A DNA stretch of 64,000 nt from Phallusia mammillata (taxonomy: Eukaryota): contig OZ281496.1 in the NCBI GenBank assembly GCA_965637545.1, positions 22,940,001 through 23,004,000 on the forward strand, read 5' to 3'. Position 1 is the first letter of the stretch; each line of letters begins with the position of its first letter. The notes beneath the pieces were generated by a model. That model saw only the letters and a list, made by a program, of their open reading frames with translations, did no database searches and was not told where the DNA came from. The translations under genes were made by a program, and so were the position numbers. Below, in pieces: positions 40,101 through 52,536 of this stretch.

Positions 40101-42533
40101 GTCATGAATATTGTAATGAATTAATGTTGTGAAGTGTTTGATCTTGTTTCAAAATATATTTGGAAATGATGCATACAGCGTGCTTTCATTATAAATTACG
40201 CAACAGTTTCGGACGTTTTATTTGAAAGTCTAAATCTTTGGTATACGCAGGTTAAAGGCATTTTGTGGTTTTAGTCACTAGTTCAAGAAGTTCGCTGATT
40301 TGGAAATATTGTTCTCGGTCGAGTCAACTAAGCTGCCAAAACGTTTCAAAGAATAAAAACAAACGTTACAACAACAAAAGCGTTTTACTATAAGAAAGAA
40401 TTTCGTCCATATAGTCGTGTAGGACACCGGGAGCCTGGGGTAATACTTAAAGCGACACGCGTGGCCTTGTAACACAATCGCACCCCAAAAGCGCAGTCGA
40501 AACTCGATACTACAGACTTGCGTCGAACCATAAACGGCAAATCATTATGCGGCAAACGCAAGGTCATGAGTTGAAAGCGGTTAGGCGGTGTAACGTACGC
40601 CCGACTTGAGTTTTTTGACGTCAGCGTTTTGCATTTCTATGTCGCTTTTATGCTTTGACCCTGGGATTAAAGCATTAAGGCACTTTACAAGCCCCCTTCT
40701 CTTTGTTGTGAGATTTAGCGTGCAAAAGTCGCAATTTTTGCTAGGGATGGTATTCTGGCATGTGTACAATTTTAATGGCAACGGCCTGTAAAGAGAGGCA
40801 GATACATAATATTTAGCTTGCCTGCCATTTAATGGCCAATCCAATAAAACGCCTAGTAAAAATAAAACCTACAAAAAGTAAAATAAATATACTGTTTTAA
40901 TAAAGTGAAAATTAGCATGTTTAAGTTCAAATCCAATGCCCCAAATCAAACTGGGCAAAACGCCTTCTCACATGGACTTTCACATACAACAGAAACATGC
41001 GGATCAATTTAGCCTGTGTACGATTATAGTGTTGTGTTTACAGGTTCGCCCACATAAACACCCTAAAACACAAGACAACATGCCCAACAGGGTGATGACA
41101 AAGCAAGATATCAGGGATCTATAAATAGTCCTTTGCTAGATCTATAAAATGTACATACCTAGGCGCACTTATCACAGATAGGCGTGTTTGGGCGAGTTTT
41201 GGGGTCCAAGAGGCAACGCATAAGCCAAATATTGGGCCCTTGTCGCTCTAGCGTGTCGAGTGCGAGCTACAAGGAAACGGCACAAGTCTTGCGTGTAAAA
41301 CCACCAAGAGATGGATCAGCATCGGACGATGGACAGAACGCAAACTCTATACTTCATGTTGTCTGAAAGTTTAATCGTAAATGCCGTACGTCCGTGGAAA
41401 AGGGCTTGAATTCCATGTTATAACGTACAGTGAATAATAAGGCGATCTCCGTAAACGTGTCTTCTATCAACAACAATAAGCACAATTTCAAAATGTCAAA
41501 TAGTTTTGATGCCCTTTGGAAAAAAGCCTATTAAATGTGCAGTGAGAGAAAAATCCTGGTATATTCTGAAAAAACATCAAAGCAAGGTAGGAAAAACCAA
41601 CGTTTCTTGCAAGCTGCGGCCTTGTGCAACGGTAAAATGCTGGAACGTTAGAAGAAAAACAACAATCTAAACTCAGTATAAATCCAAATCCATGGTGTTT
41701 GTGCACAAACTGTAAACTAATGAGATCAAGAACATTGCTTGCAGTGGTTTTCATGGAGCTTGTTTCAATGCCTAACATATTAAAAATTAGAGAACCCGTT
41801 GGCTCCAACATTAATGTGAACGTGCAAGGCAATCCAACTGGCATTTAAGCCTTATGACATACGTGTAAAGGAACACGGTACCACAAGGAGGAACAACGAT
41901 AACAGACGGGTGTGTCTTCGTTGGGGTTGAACGCTTTGCTGCCGATGGCAAACTAGTCGTAGCGCAACCCAAATGACAAATTTTGTCAACAACTGTGAAC
42001 AACGAGTTTTTGTACACATTTTGTACACAAGTATTGTAGAAGATTATAAATAAGAAGTGTGAAAATGCCCAAGTAACGTTTGAGTCCCAAACAGCTGTGT
42101 GTAACGGCACCATATACTACTTTTTGTAAGTAAGCCAGGAAAACTTTTTTTAAAGTACAACACCATCCTCATGATTTGATGGCTAAATACGTATATACAT
42201 GACAGCGCTAAAACCCCATTTTTGTGATATTGTTGCCAAAAGCAGTCTTACAGTCCGAAGTCAATTGATGTTTCGACAATTTTGTGGGGTTTAGCGTGCA
42301 AATTGTAATCAATTAGTTTCTTAGGTTGCAGAAAAAGTTAGAGAATCACAGATTTGTATGTTAGTGGCAACACCACAAGAAATAAACTCAGACATGTAAC
42401 ATGAAAACGAAACTTTTGCTTGAGTTTTATTACTCCTTGTAAAAGACAGCAAATGTGTTCTCTATCATAAAACAACATAAATAGTACCAACATGTTCTAT
42501 TATTTTCCAAAAATTAACCAACGTGGCCTATAC

Positions 42534-43129
42534 CAGGGGTGTCAAACTCGCGGCCCGCGGGCCGCATGCGGCCCACGAACACTCAACAACAATTGTCGTA
42601 TTTTGTCAGATCTTTATTTAATTATAATATTGTTTTCTTACGTTTCTAAGTGAGAGCTTTTTGTTTAAACAGACATTTACAGAAATTTAATTTATAAATA
42701 AAATCCATATGTTATGAAATAATAGTAATGAAAGCGTTAATTTAGCAGCCATATGCGTCAAACTTTTTGTAAATATTGTGTGCGAACAATGCGAAAAACA
42801 GGTACCAAAAGCGTCATAATACAAATTATAACGTAATAAACAATTAAAACTGAGCTTCACAATGTGCAGCTCTATCTGTGCATCAGGTTGGAAATTTATC
42901 TTGACTTTTAGGACGTTAAGTATGATATAAACCTATTTATTTACATCTGTAATTTTATAACAAAAACCAGCAGGTAATTGGCGACTGTTCTTGAAATAAG
43001 ATCTGCAATGCGGCCGTCGTAGCGAAAAGGTTGTTTAGAGTACAAAACTAGATTAAAACTACATGCGGCCCTCGGCTTAATTTCCAAACTGTTATGTGGC
43101 CCTCGAATCCAACGAGTTTGACACCCCTG
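42534..43129. mobile_element. Non-autonomous hAT-superfamily DNA transposon (MITE), 596 bp
   Basis: Perfect 17-bp terminal inverted repeats CAGGGGTGTCAAACTCG / CGAGTTTGACACCCCTG. Perfect 8-bp target-site duplication GCCTATAC (42526-42533 and 43130-43137). Subterminal GCGGCCC motifs at both ends, an AT-rich interior and no ORF. Confidence 0.95.
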
Positions 43130-46100
43130 GCCTATACAACGATGTCGGAAATTTCACCCATAAGCAATTTGGCAGCCTTGTGAGATGCAGTTACCCCAGT
43201 TCAAATTGGCCGTGTCAAAAGTAAAAGCCTTTCCCCGACAGAAATACAGCACTACCAGAAAGTGGTCAGGTGGCGTAAGTGCCGAAGCCGAGTGACGTAA
43301 AAATTACAATTTATGACGCACAGGTGATGAGAAGGGCAACTATTTTTAGAACGTTTTATTTCAAAGAATCAATGCATTTACGTAAAACATTAAAAACGAA
43401 ATCCTAAAATAATACAAAAGGTATTTCTGTTAAAAAAAACACTCCTTGTAAAATTAATAGGGAAATGGGGTGAAACCGACCTTGTTACTTGCGATGATTT
43501 TATTTCAAAGCGTCTATATTATTTAAAAAAGCGTTTTCAAGTTAGAAATAAAGACATCTACAAGCACTTGACGACAGCATTTCGTATTGATATTTTTTGA
43601 GGATATGGTAGATTTGAAGGCACATAAGCAAAGCTTGTTGAAGAAGAAAAAAAATGCACCTCGGGGACTTCACGATTTCACGATTTTTAGGTCGACAGCA
43701 ACGTTGTCATGGTGAAAGATTTGCCTTTGCTATGTTCATTGACAAACTCAAGGAAATTGAGTACCGCATCTGGCATTATCCATATCACTAATAAGCAATA
43801 ACATCCTGAGTGTCATAGTCCAAAACACAACAACCAACAGCTGTATATAGACAGCATGTAAAATCGCTTGGACGGCCCCCGACACCCCTCCGCAACGGTA
43901 GTTGAAAATCTTTTGACCCGTATAGCTCCCACGCGTTAACGTACGTTTCTCCCATAGACAAGCGGTGGTCTGCCCCACTGTCAGTTATACTTCCGAACGC
44001 CGAGCGCCCACGAAGGACCCAGGCTTACCCATCAACACACCAAAGTATACAGTCGAAGGGCTGAAAAATACGGTGGGAATTTTTAAGGCCGCGCGTTCGC
44101 ACACGCTGTTCGGGGTAGAATGAAGCGAGGGTGATTTTGGCGCGTGCACAAGGAGACATATTGATACCCACACTCAAGAGCTTGCCCCCGTATGTGGTAT
44201 GCTGGTTTTTCTCATCGCGGTTTGGACACACTTTGAAAAACGTGTGAATGCATTGGTATGTCCATGTTTGGTATTCGTCGTTACTCCGAAGGTGGTTGAT
44301 TGACTAAACTATGTGGTAAGGTTTCGTACGTGGGTGACATGATAACAATGCATGTCGAATACCATTTCGATGTTATATCAATGATGTCTCGTTTTGGTTT
44401 GAGTCTAGACAATTGTTTTTTATTCATTGGCTTCAATAATTTGACTTTCAATGTTCAAAAAATGTTTAAATAGCGGATGCGTTTGAATTTTTGTTGCATC
44501 TGTGGCACTACGCACCAAAACTAAAACATGAACTCCACTGATTCATAGTAGAGCCAAGCCTGTTGAAGGCTTAATGCCGAATCCAACTGGTTTACCAAAG
44601 TGAGTATGCCGCAATCGTTGGTCTGCATGGACGCTTCAGAGCTAAATCTAGTAAGAAAAAAAATCCAGTTTTGTATTTTTATTCTGGACAAACTTTGCTG
44701 AGGAATCGTTTTACACTCATTGCAGTAGATGGTATATTTGTAACAATACCACGATGTAGTTTTATTTGCATTAAAGCATTTTAATTTGTCACATTAGGCG
44801 CGTGTGAAAAAAAAAACAGTTTGCTACATCAATTAAGTATGAGTAGCCTATCACCTGGCTTAACAACAAGTGCTGTAAAACTGTATTTGTCAAGTGGCGT
44901 GGTTTACATTCCCGATTTTACTGCTTTGCTCAGCTGACGAGTTGTAAATGCAAAATCACCACGAGATTAAGCGAGACAAACAAATGTTTCAGTCCCAGGC
45001 CGTAAACCAACTCGGACTGTCAAACTGCGTTTGAAGTCTGATTTCCGCCTGTCGTTAAGTTTACGAGCGAGTATATTACCCGCACTAATAAGCCGATTTA
45101 CTGGAACTAAAAAGGACTTAATTTTGTAGAAGCGAAAGTGATAGTGTGTTGGTGAAAAAAATTCCTCTATTTTAAAGACTTGGTTTGACTTCTTATAATC
45201 ACTTACTATATAGACTCTTAGTCATTATTTGTGTGCTATATATGAAGTGCACAAAAATGATAACGACATCTTAGTTTGAAACGCTTTGTGTCGAAAAAAA
45301 AATAAACAAACTTCATTTCATACCTTTTGCCTTAATACAAACGATTTTATGAAACTAAAAGGCATCGAAGGCGTGCAGAGAATTACATTAAGTTGAGCAA
45401 CCATTAAAAAGGGATTTCGCGATGGGGTTCGACCTCAAGACCCTTCGTCAAAATCGGGTGTTACATTCATTTTAACGCTGCTACCAGCTTCACATTTTGT
45501 TATATGTCTGCAATTGCAAGTTGTTTAAATGTAATTTTGCCGGTAATTCTTATCCTGTGCCATTTAATATTAAACGACCAGACTGGATCGCGTGATCCTC
45601 TTGTAGTCACGGAGCTAATCGTTAAATAAGTTAAAAACAGGAATTAGTGATAAATGCCGGTGAGTGAGCCACGTGTCGACAATTGTTCCTACGCGGTCTT
45701 TGGATCGCGCAGCGGATTCCTAATGAATATTTAATGACTGTGATAACTTAAAATTAATCTTTCATGAAGATACAAATCTACTGAACAGTTAATAAACTTA
45801 TCACCCAAGTTCGTTGCTAGTAGCGAAGCCAGGCAAAAAATTTGGAAGAGGCTAAAAATGCTCTGACTATGTACAAGTGGGTATACTATAGAACACCGAG
45901 ATATATGACCAAAAGTGTGACCCTTTTTATGGGTGGGGCATGACCTCTTGGCTCCCTGACTGTGCTAATGGTCGTCATAGATATCTGGCTAAGTCCAAAC
46001 AAGTCCAAAATTCGGAATGTTTGTTGATACATTTTTATATTTCAGTAGAGCTTCATAACGTTGTCTTTACACAAACCGTTTTGCAAGAACAGAAACCCAA

Positions 46101-49100
46101 AGCACTTGCAATACTTTGCTTTTGTAAACGTTTGGATAACAAACTATTTTTCCGGGGCAACGCTATACGTAAGAAGCCTGCACTCTTAATTCAGGGCATC
46201 AAGGGTCCTATTAATTTTATCAATATTAATAAGTTCTTTTATCAAAAGACTCGATGACTTGTGCCGGCGATTTAGGGACTATGTGCATCATTACACACAA
46301 TTCTCTCAATCATAAGATTATTGGGATTGGGAAATGACCGCGGTCCACTCATTACGTATTTATCAGCAGTGGCCAATGGTCACTAAACGGAATAGTAAAA
46401 TTGCTCAGCTTGTTCCTATAAGAATCGCTAAAACATAGGGGAATTGGAGAGAAAAGGCGGTGAATAAAAAACTCGTTTTAATGTTTGTTTATTTGACACA
46501 TCAAAGCTGCACCACTAAGAATATTTAAAATACACAAGGAAATGCTGCAGTGTCATCTGCATTTTATGTGATTTTTGTTGGAGAGAATTGGCAAAATTTT
46601 GGTTTGTAAGGAATTGTTGATTTCTTGGTTTTGGTTGTTTAAAAAAAATACAGGCATGTCCAAACATTATGAAACATTTTATGGCGAGCAAACGCAAAAT
46701 TTACGTTTTTTATTTTTAAAAGGAGCTGGTCGTAGTTTTATGGTTTGAATGTAAAATAATTCAAGGAACTGGCCATTACAAAATTTCCAGAAAAAATGAC
46801 GAAATATCTACAGCTGTAAAAAAATTCCGCATTTAAAAAATTCCAAATTCTGTAAACTGCCCTAATTTCAAAGCCCGGGGATTGTCCTGAGCAATTACGA
46901 AAATCGCCACCAAAAGCACACCTTGATCAAATCAATTTTGCGCAAGAGAAAAATCAAAGCAACCCCTTAAAGAACAAATGTTTGCACGAGAAAATGCGTG
47001 TACGTATACCGCGAGGCCATGACGAGTGCGTAAGCGGCGCGTCAAGTCAAATCAATATTGATTCGGAATTAATAGATGTGACAGATCGAGAATATATCGA
47101 CAGGGACGCGATTTATCAAACGTAGGGGGCGGAGGTAGGCAAATACCCTCGCCCACAGTTTGTTTGATTGAAGTTTAGGCCGCGAAGAAAAGTTCTTGTC
47201 GACCAGTGAACAGTTGCAGTTGCTAACCGATGTGGAATTTTAAGGCAAACGCAGCTTTTGTTTTGGGGCCTTTTGTTAAAACTTCCAATGTAAACCCTAG
47301 TATAAGTTTTATTGCCGCACCTCGGCTTAACAACGGGCAACGCGCGGTTTCTGTTTACTGCATTGGACACCGCGATAAAGCAGTTTGACATGATTGATTG
47401 AACTACCCGCTTGCTTGTGTGTTAAAATTTAGGATCCTACTTTTTTGAAAGCAGAAAAGGAGAAACTGCCACTTTTTTCGGAATACCGGCAACTGCAATT
47501 AAGTATGAGCAAAACCATTTAAAAAAATTTATACAATGCTTCAATAATGAAAAACAACACAAACCTCATATGAACTCAATTTTCCCGTTGGTATACAAAA
47601 CACAGCATTAACAAACATCACGTAATAGCATTTACTCAAATTCGGCAATGGCAAAGTGCTTTCCAAATACTAGTAACTAAAACACAACTATTTCAATGTC
47701 ACAAAACACCTTAACTGGCCGATCAGACCAAAGACAATTATAGTGCATGTAAATTTGGAAGAACGTTAAGTATAAAACGGTTTAGGTGACAAAGCTCAAA
47801 TTGTCTGCAGTTCATTCCAACAATCATAGTAATTTAATGACGTAGTATAGAGGCACGGCGTTTCCGGGTCGGGCGAGCTCAACCCTCAAAGACGCCTCAC
47901 GACGGATTACAAGACAAACAGGCAGGACTTCAAAAGAAACGAAACCAGATTGCCGAAGCGTAGAAAGGCGACGATAAACTGCTTACGAACATGTGTGAGT
48001 TTGTCTTATGGCCGGTTCGAACCAGGGCTGGGCCGGGTCAATAATTAACCCTAGTCCGCGTTCGCGCTCGTGTACATAAAAATTTTCTCGCGATATTAGA
48101 TGAATTGATTCGGCAGTCGACTGTCGGTCGATCAAAAACGCCACAGACTCATTAAATTCCCGCGCCTTGGTTTGCCTTGCCCGAAATGCGTAGTCTGAGC
48201 ACACAGAGCTTTATTAGCAGAAGGTGGTCGCGCCTGCGAGAGTCAGTGAGCGACATTACCAGCCTGCCTGGCGTTTATTTGTCAAAGCCAAATGCCGGAG
48301 TTTATTGTGGTGTCCCGGTTTGTTTGCCTTACAATTGCATTGGCCTGTAATGTGCGCGTAAAACAAAGCGCGTCCTTGAGCAGTGTGGACGATTTCAAGG
48401 TTGAATTTATTTGAAATTTACGGCCTTTTCGTACTCCTTGCGAGTGTGCACAAAGTAAATGAAGAACTGAGTCAAGCTCCTGTGTGTTTGTTTTCAACCC
48501 TGCTGTGACAATAAATTCGTTTGGTGTTATTTTTGTCGTACCTCACTTTACGCTCGGTCTCGGGTACATAGAATCAAACTAGAGTTCTATAAGTTTTTTT
48601 TACAAACTCCCAAGCCACTTACTTTTGTGCGTTAAACGTGCAGATCATAGCATCTCAACAAAAATTTTATACCCTTACTTGGTAAAAATTAACACCTGTT
48701 TCGCATAGGCTGCCTAACAAAGTTTTGTTTACAATTTACCATTTCCCCCAATCATGTCAAGTTAAACCTCAGGGGTAAAATTAACCCCTGGTGAACAATT
48801 TTTGGTGGATAATAAATAGGCGAGAACAACCCCGCGAGCAAATCAACAATTAAAAAAATTTAGAAAAACAAAATTTTTCCCCAGCCCAAAGACAATAAAA
48901 CTTGAACTGGTAAATTCCAGAGTAGTAAAACAAGACGTGGACTTGATCTGGCGCAAAGACAGGTTTACAGTTACACATTAGCATTCGTGGACTTGATCGG
49001 GTCGGAACGTGACAAATGTGAGAAAACGCAATCTCTCGCCAGCTGTTTTACGACTGTGTGAAACAACATGGGGAAAAATTTTTAAAAAAAAACATGTTTA

Positions 49101-51059
49101 CGATTTTTTTATTTTAGCACATGGCGAAAAAATATTGATTCCAATATCGATGTTGGGTTGGGAAAAAACAACTTAACCACGGAGGAGGAAAACGTGATAA
49201 GTAAACAAGAGATGGATAATTGATTGTGTTTGCACCACTCAGTGCACGACCCCAACCGTCTATAAAATGGATTTATCACTCACACGCCAAAGGCTCAATT
49301 GCGCACCTGAAATAAGGCAAACATCGCCATTCGATCGAAAGACATTTTTTAACGGAGGTATAAAATGAACTGGTTTACGACGGGTTTTGGTGGCACCGCT
49401 ATCAGAAAATCTGCAATAGTTAAGGGAAGTTAATTTTAACTGTTTAAATGGTGGTGGTGCAACTACCCAACGTACTGCTTTACAGTCACACAATCACAAC
49501 ACAAAAATGAAAGAATAACTTGTATACTATCACGGCACGCAAAGGGCAAAATGAATTTTTTTATTGCTTTTCTACTGTACTTTCAACAACAGTTTTGAGT
49601 GAGTGTTACAAACCGTGGCAAATAAACAAATGTGTGAATAGCATTTGATTTTAAAACCATATTGTAAAACTGCCAACTGGTTTAAAAACACCTGGCACAG
49701 CCGGAAGTAAATTCAACTGCACAAATTATCAATTTAACCGCACCGGAATTTTGGTAGTCAAGACCAAAAACTGAACACCCCAATCACGTGACGTGGGTCA
49801 TCCTTCTCACGCGACGAAACTAATCAAATTCAACAGGAACCTGTCAAGGTCAAAGCTGCGGAACAGAGGACAATGGAATGCGGCCAGCACCCTACCAAGC
49901 GCTATTTCTGTGAGGATGTAAGCACTAGAAGAACGAGTGTGTGTTGTGATCGAAGGCTATGTTTACTGGGTAGAGTTTTTTTCAGTAAACTCAAACGTTT
50001 CTTTTATAATAAAATGAATTTTAAAAACGATATGTAATAATAAAACCTTGTCGGTTAACAACTTTCGCATTCCATGTCAGTTTAACAATCATAAAGACAT
50101 CTTTAAATTCACAACGCGTGCGTTTAAATCAACATAACATCCTCAAGTCGGTGGCTCTTTAGCTAACAGGAAATTTTGCTTTGGGATTGAAAATTGTGGC
50201 GCCACAGGAGTCGAAGAACCTGCGACGGCCGTAATGAAGCGTAAGTCGGGGCGACATGGTAGGACCTCCCGCGGTCTCCTGCCATATTTATTGAAGCTCT
50301 CCGCTCTGCGCAATGCTTACGGCGCATCCAACTTAGGATAGACAAAGGTATCCCGCTGTGACTGGGCCGACCGCGCAATCCAACGTTATTTGCCGGCGCT
50401 GTTCGTGCGAGACAGGGTAGCTTGGTGGCATCAATCAAATGCAAAAAATCTAAACAGTTGGTTTTCCACTAAATGTCAGGTTCACAAATAAACGGATCAT
50501 ATTTATCACAAACACCTTTGTGAAGTGAAAACGATCAGTTCAGCAAAAAAATAATAATTAACATGTAAATTTTAAAATACAAAATTTTGCATCCCTGAAA
50601 AGCATTTTAAATGCCTATTTCAAATGACGGGTCTCAAGAAAAACTTTAATGAGAAAACCTTGAAAAGTACAGCGTTGCGTATATACAAACTCCAGTCCAG
50701 TAAGCCACCATTTTACCAAAGCTTTGGTAGGATTTAAGCGCGAAAGATTCGGAACTGTAATTTTAAGGCCGATTATTTCGATTCGGATAAGTAATATTTA
50801 GACAACTCCTCATAAAGTATGTCAAAAAGATTTCTGCCATGTTCGTGTATGATTCAGTAGCTTCCGTGTTAAAAACAAGGCGCTAAAACGGTTAGAAATA
50901 ACCTAAAGAGCCAAGTGTAAAACAAACTATTGTTCTCTAGCCATCAAGCCTTCACTGACAGCCTGGGAGAATTCCTTTGCAGAACATTCATTGGGAAAGT
51001 CAAAACAGGGGAACCTCTTCAACGCCTTTTATTCAATAGATCCGGCGCAGTTAAATCTC

Positions 51060-51340
51060 GCTGGCATTGTTAACGCGCTCCACACGCCTCGGCTGTGAAG
51101 CCTGATCGTGCATTGAGATCTCGCAGCGTATACGAAAGCCTTTGTGGCGCGGTTCGGTCTCCCATTGATGGTGGTGCATCACAAAACCTCTCGCCACGTG
51201 GAATAATGGAATACAGAGCAGGGGAGACAATAGATGAGTGCCTGCTCACAGTGTTCATCCTACCCGTTGGACAATGCACTGAGCAACCCGGGCCGAGGCG
51301 CGTGCCGTGGCCTATTCACAGATTTTTTGTGAATGGACCC
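51060..51340. promoter_or_regulatory. Sox-site-dense candidate enhancer between SoxB1 and MPDU1
   Basis: CATTGTT 51065, CTTTGT 51140, CATTGAT 51163, ACAATAG 51227, ACAATG 51271, and an inverted pair ATTCACA-N7-TGTGAAT 51314-51334, all in a GC-richer block. Confidence 0.35.
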
Positions 51341-52243
51341 CTGAAAACCGAGTGAAGGTGAAATCATAGCCACTGGGACCTACTTGTGCTTTCGGTTTTG
51401 CAACAATGAGAGATCGGATATTGCAACGCTTTTGTGACCGACCACGCACTTCTTCACAACGAAGTGGGCTGTGAATGGGACTTCGCCAAGGTAGAATACA
51501 ACGGCTGTGTACAGTCGCGAAGAAAGGTAGACAAAAAGAAATCAGATTTAGCTGAGTAGCCCAGTAGGTTTCGGTGACTTTACACAGGGAAAAAGCCAGC
51601 GGTAATGAAATATTATATTCAATTAAGTGTATTATTTCGTCAAAAAGGAAAGTTTAAGCCAAAAACAATTAAAAGGGTCCTAAGAATGATAAAAACAAAG
51701 CTTTGTCTGCAGTTACATGGCTCCAGGGCGCCAATTTGTTGTACTGGAACGCCAAAAAGACAAAATGCAAATCTTAATTTGCTGAAAGACTTAAAACAGC
51801 AGTTTAAAACATTTTCAAAAAAAGACCGCAGCAATTTAAACTCAAAAAATTGAAAACAGCAATTTGAACGACGCCTTCATGTCACGTTATACCAAGGATT
51901 AAAATACTCCAACAAACATTTCTTCTGAATCATAGGAAGTAAATCAAAGTGTGCTTTATTTTTGCCATGTCGATGTTTTTGTTTCGCTACCGAGAATCGA
52001 ACCTCTTCTTGGTTTCCCGTCCCTTTCAAACGGAAGCCAAGACCCACACGCCCTTCCTTGACTTCCAATGCCAAAATTGGAAACCTAAGACCTTTAAACC
52101 AGTCATATACCTTACAGGCAACAAAGGCCAAGGTACGTAGCGAAGCACCGATCGCGTACGGGTGCGTACATACGAAAGCGCCGCCATTTTTGTCAGTTGT
52201 AAGTCATATCGTTTCGCACGCCACGTTGCAACAAAAGCGATGT

Positions 52244-52249
52244 TTATTC
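52244..52249 (-). promoter_or_regulatory. Candidate polyadenylation signal of MPDU1
   Basis: TTTATT on + (AATAAA on -) about 290 nt downstream of the MPDU1 stop codon. Confidence 0.4.
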
Positions 52250-52536
52250 TGGAATATGGCTGCTCTTAAATATAATAAAACGCCATAAAAATATTGCATA
52301 AACTCAACTTGCTTCATCAGTCTGCGTTGAAGCATTCTGCATCGGTAACAAAATCTTGATTACAACATTTTTCTTCGTCCAAAACATTATTATGTAAACC
52401 TTTCCTGGTGTAAAATAGTGATTTCAAATCAAGAGAAAGGTAAACTTTCACCGAATCAGTGGAATTGAATCAACACAAGAAATAATCAACATAACAAGTG
52501 CTTAGCAGGTAGCAGAACAAGCAAAGAATTGTGCAA

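Noticed and set aside
45405-45495. Minus-strand tRNA/SINE-like segment with degenerate A box and B box (GAGGTCGAACCCC)
   Set aside because: Boxes are mismatched and no cloverleaf or TSD could be built. At most a decayed SINE head; not reportable as tRNA.
48015-48024. GGTTCGAACC perfect B-box-like palindrome
   Set aside because: No A box or tRNA stems on either strand.
48770-48790. Small hairpin CAGGGGT-N7-ACCCCTG resembling the hAT MITE termini
   Set aside because: Only 7-bp arms and no target-site duplication; may be chance.
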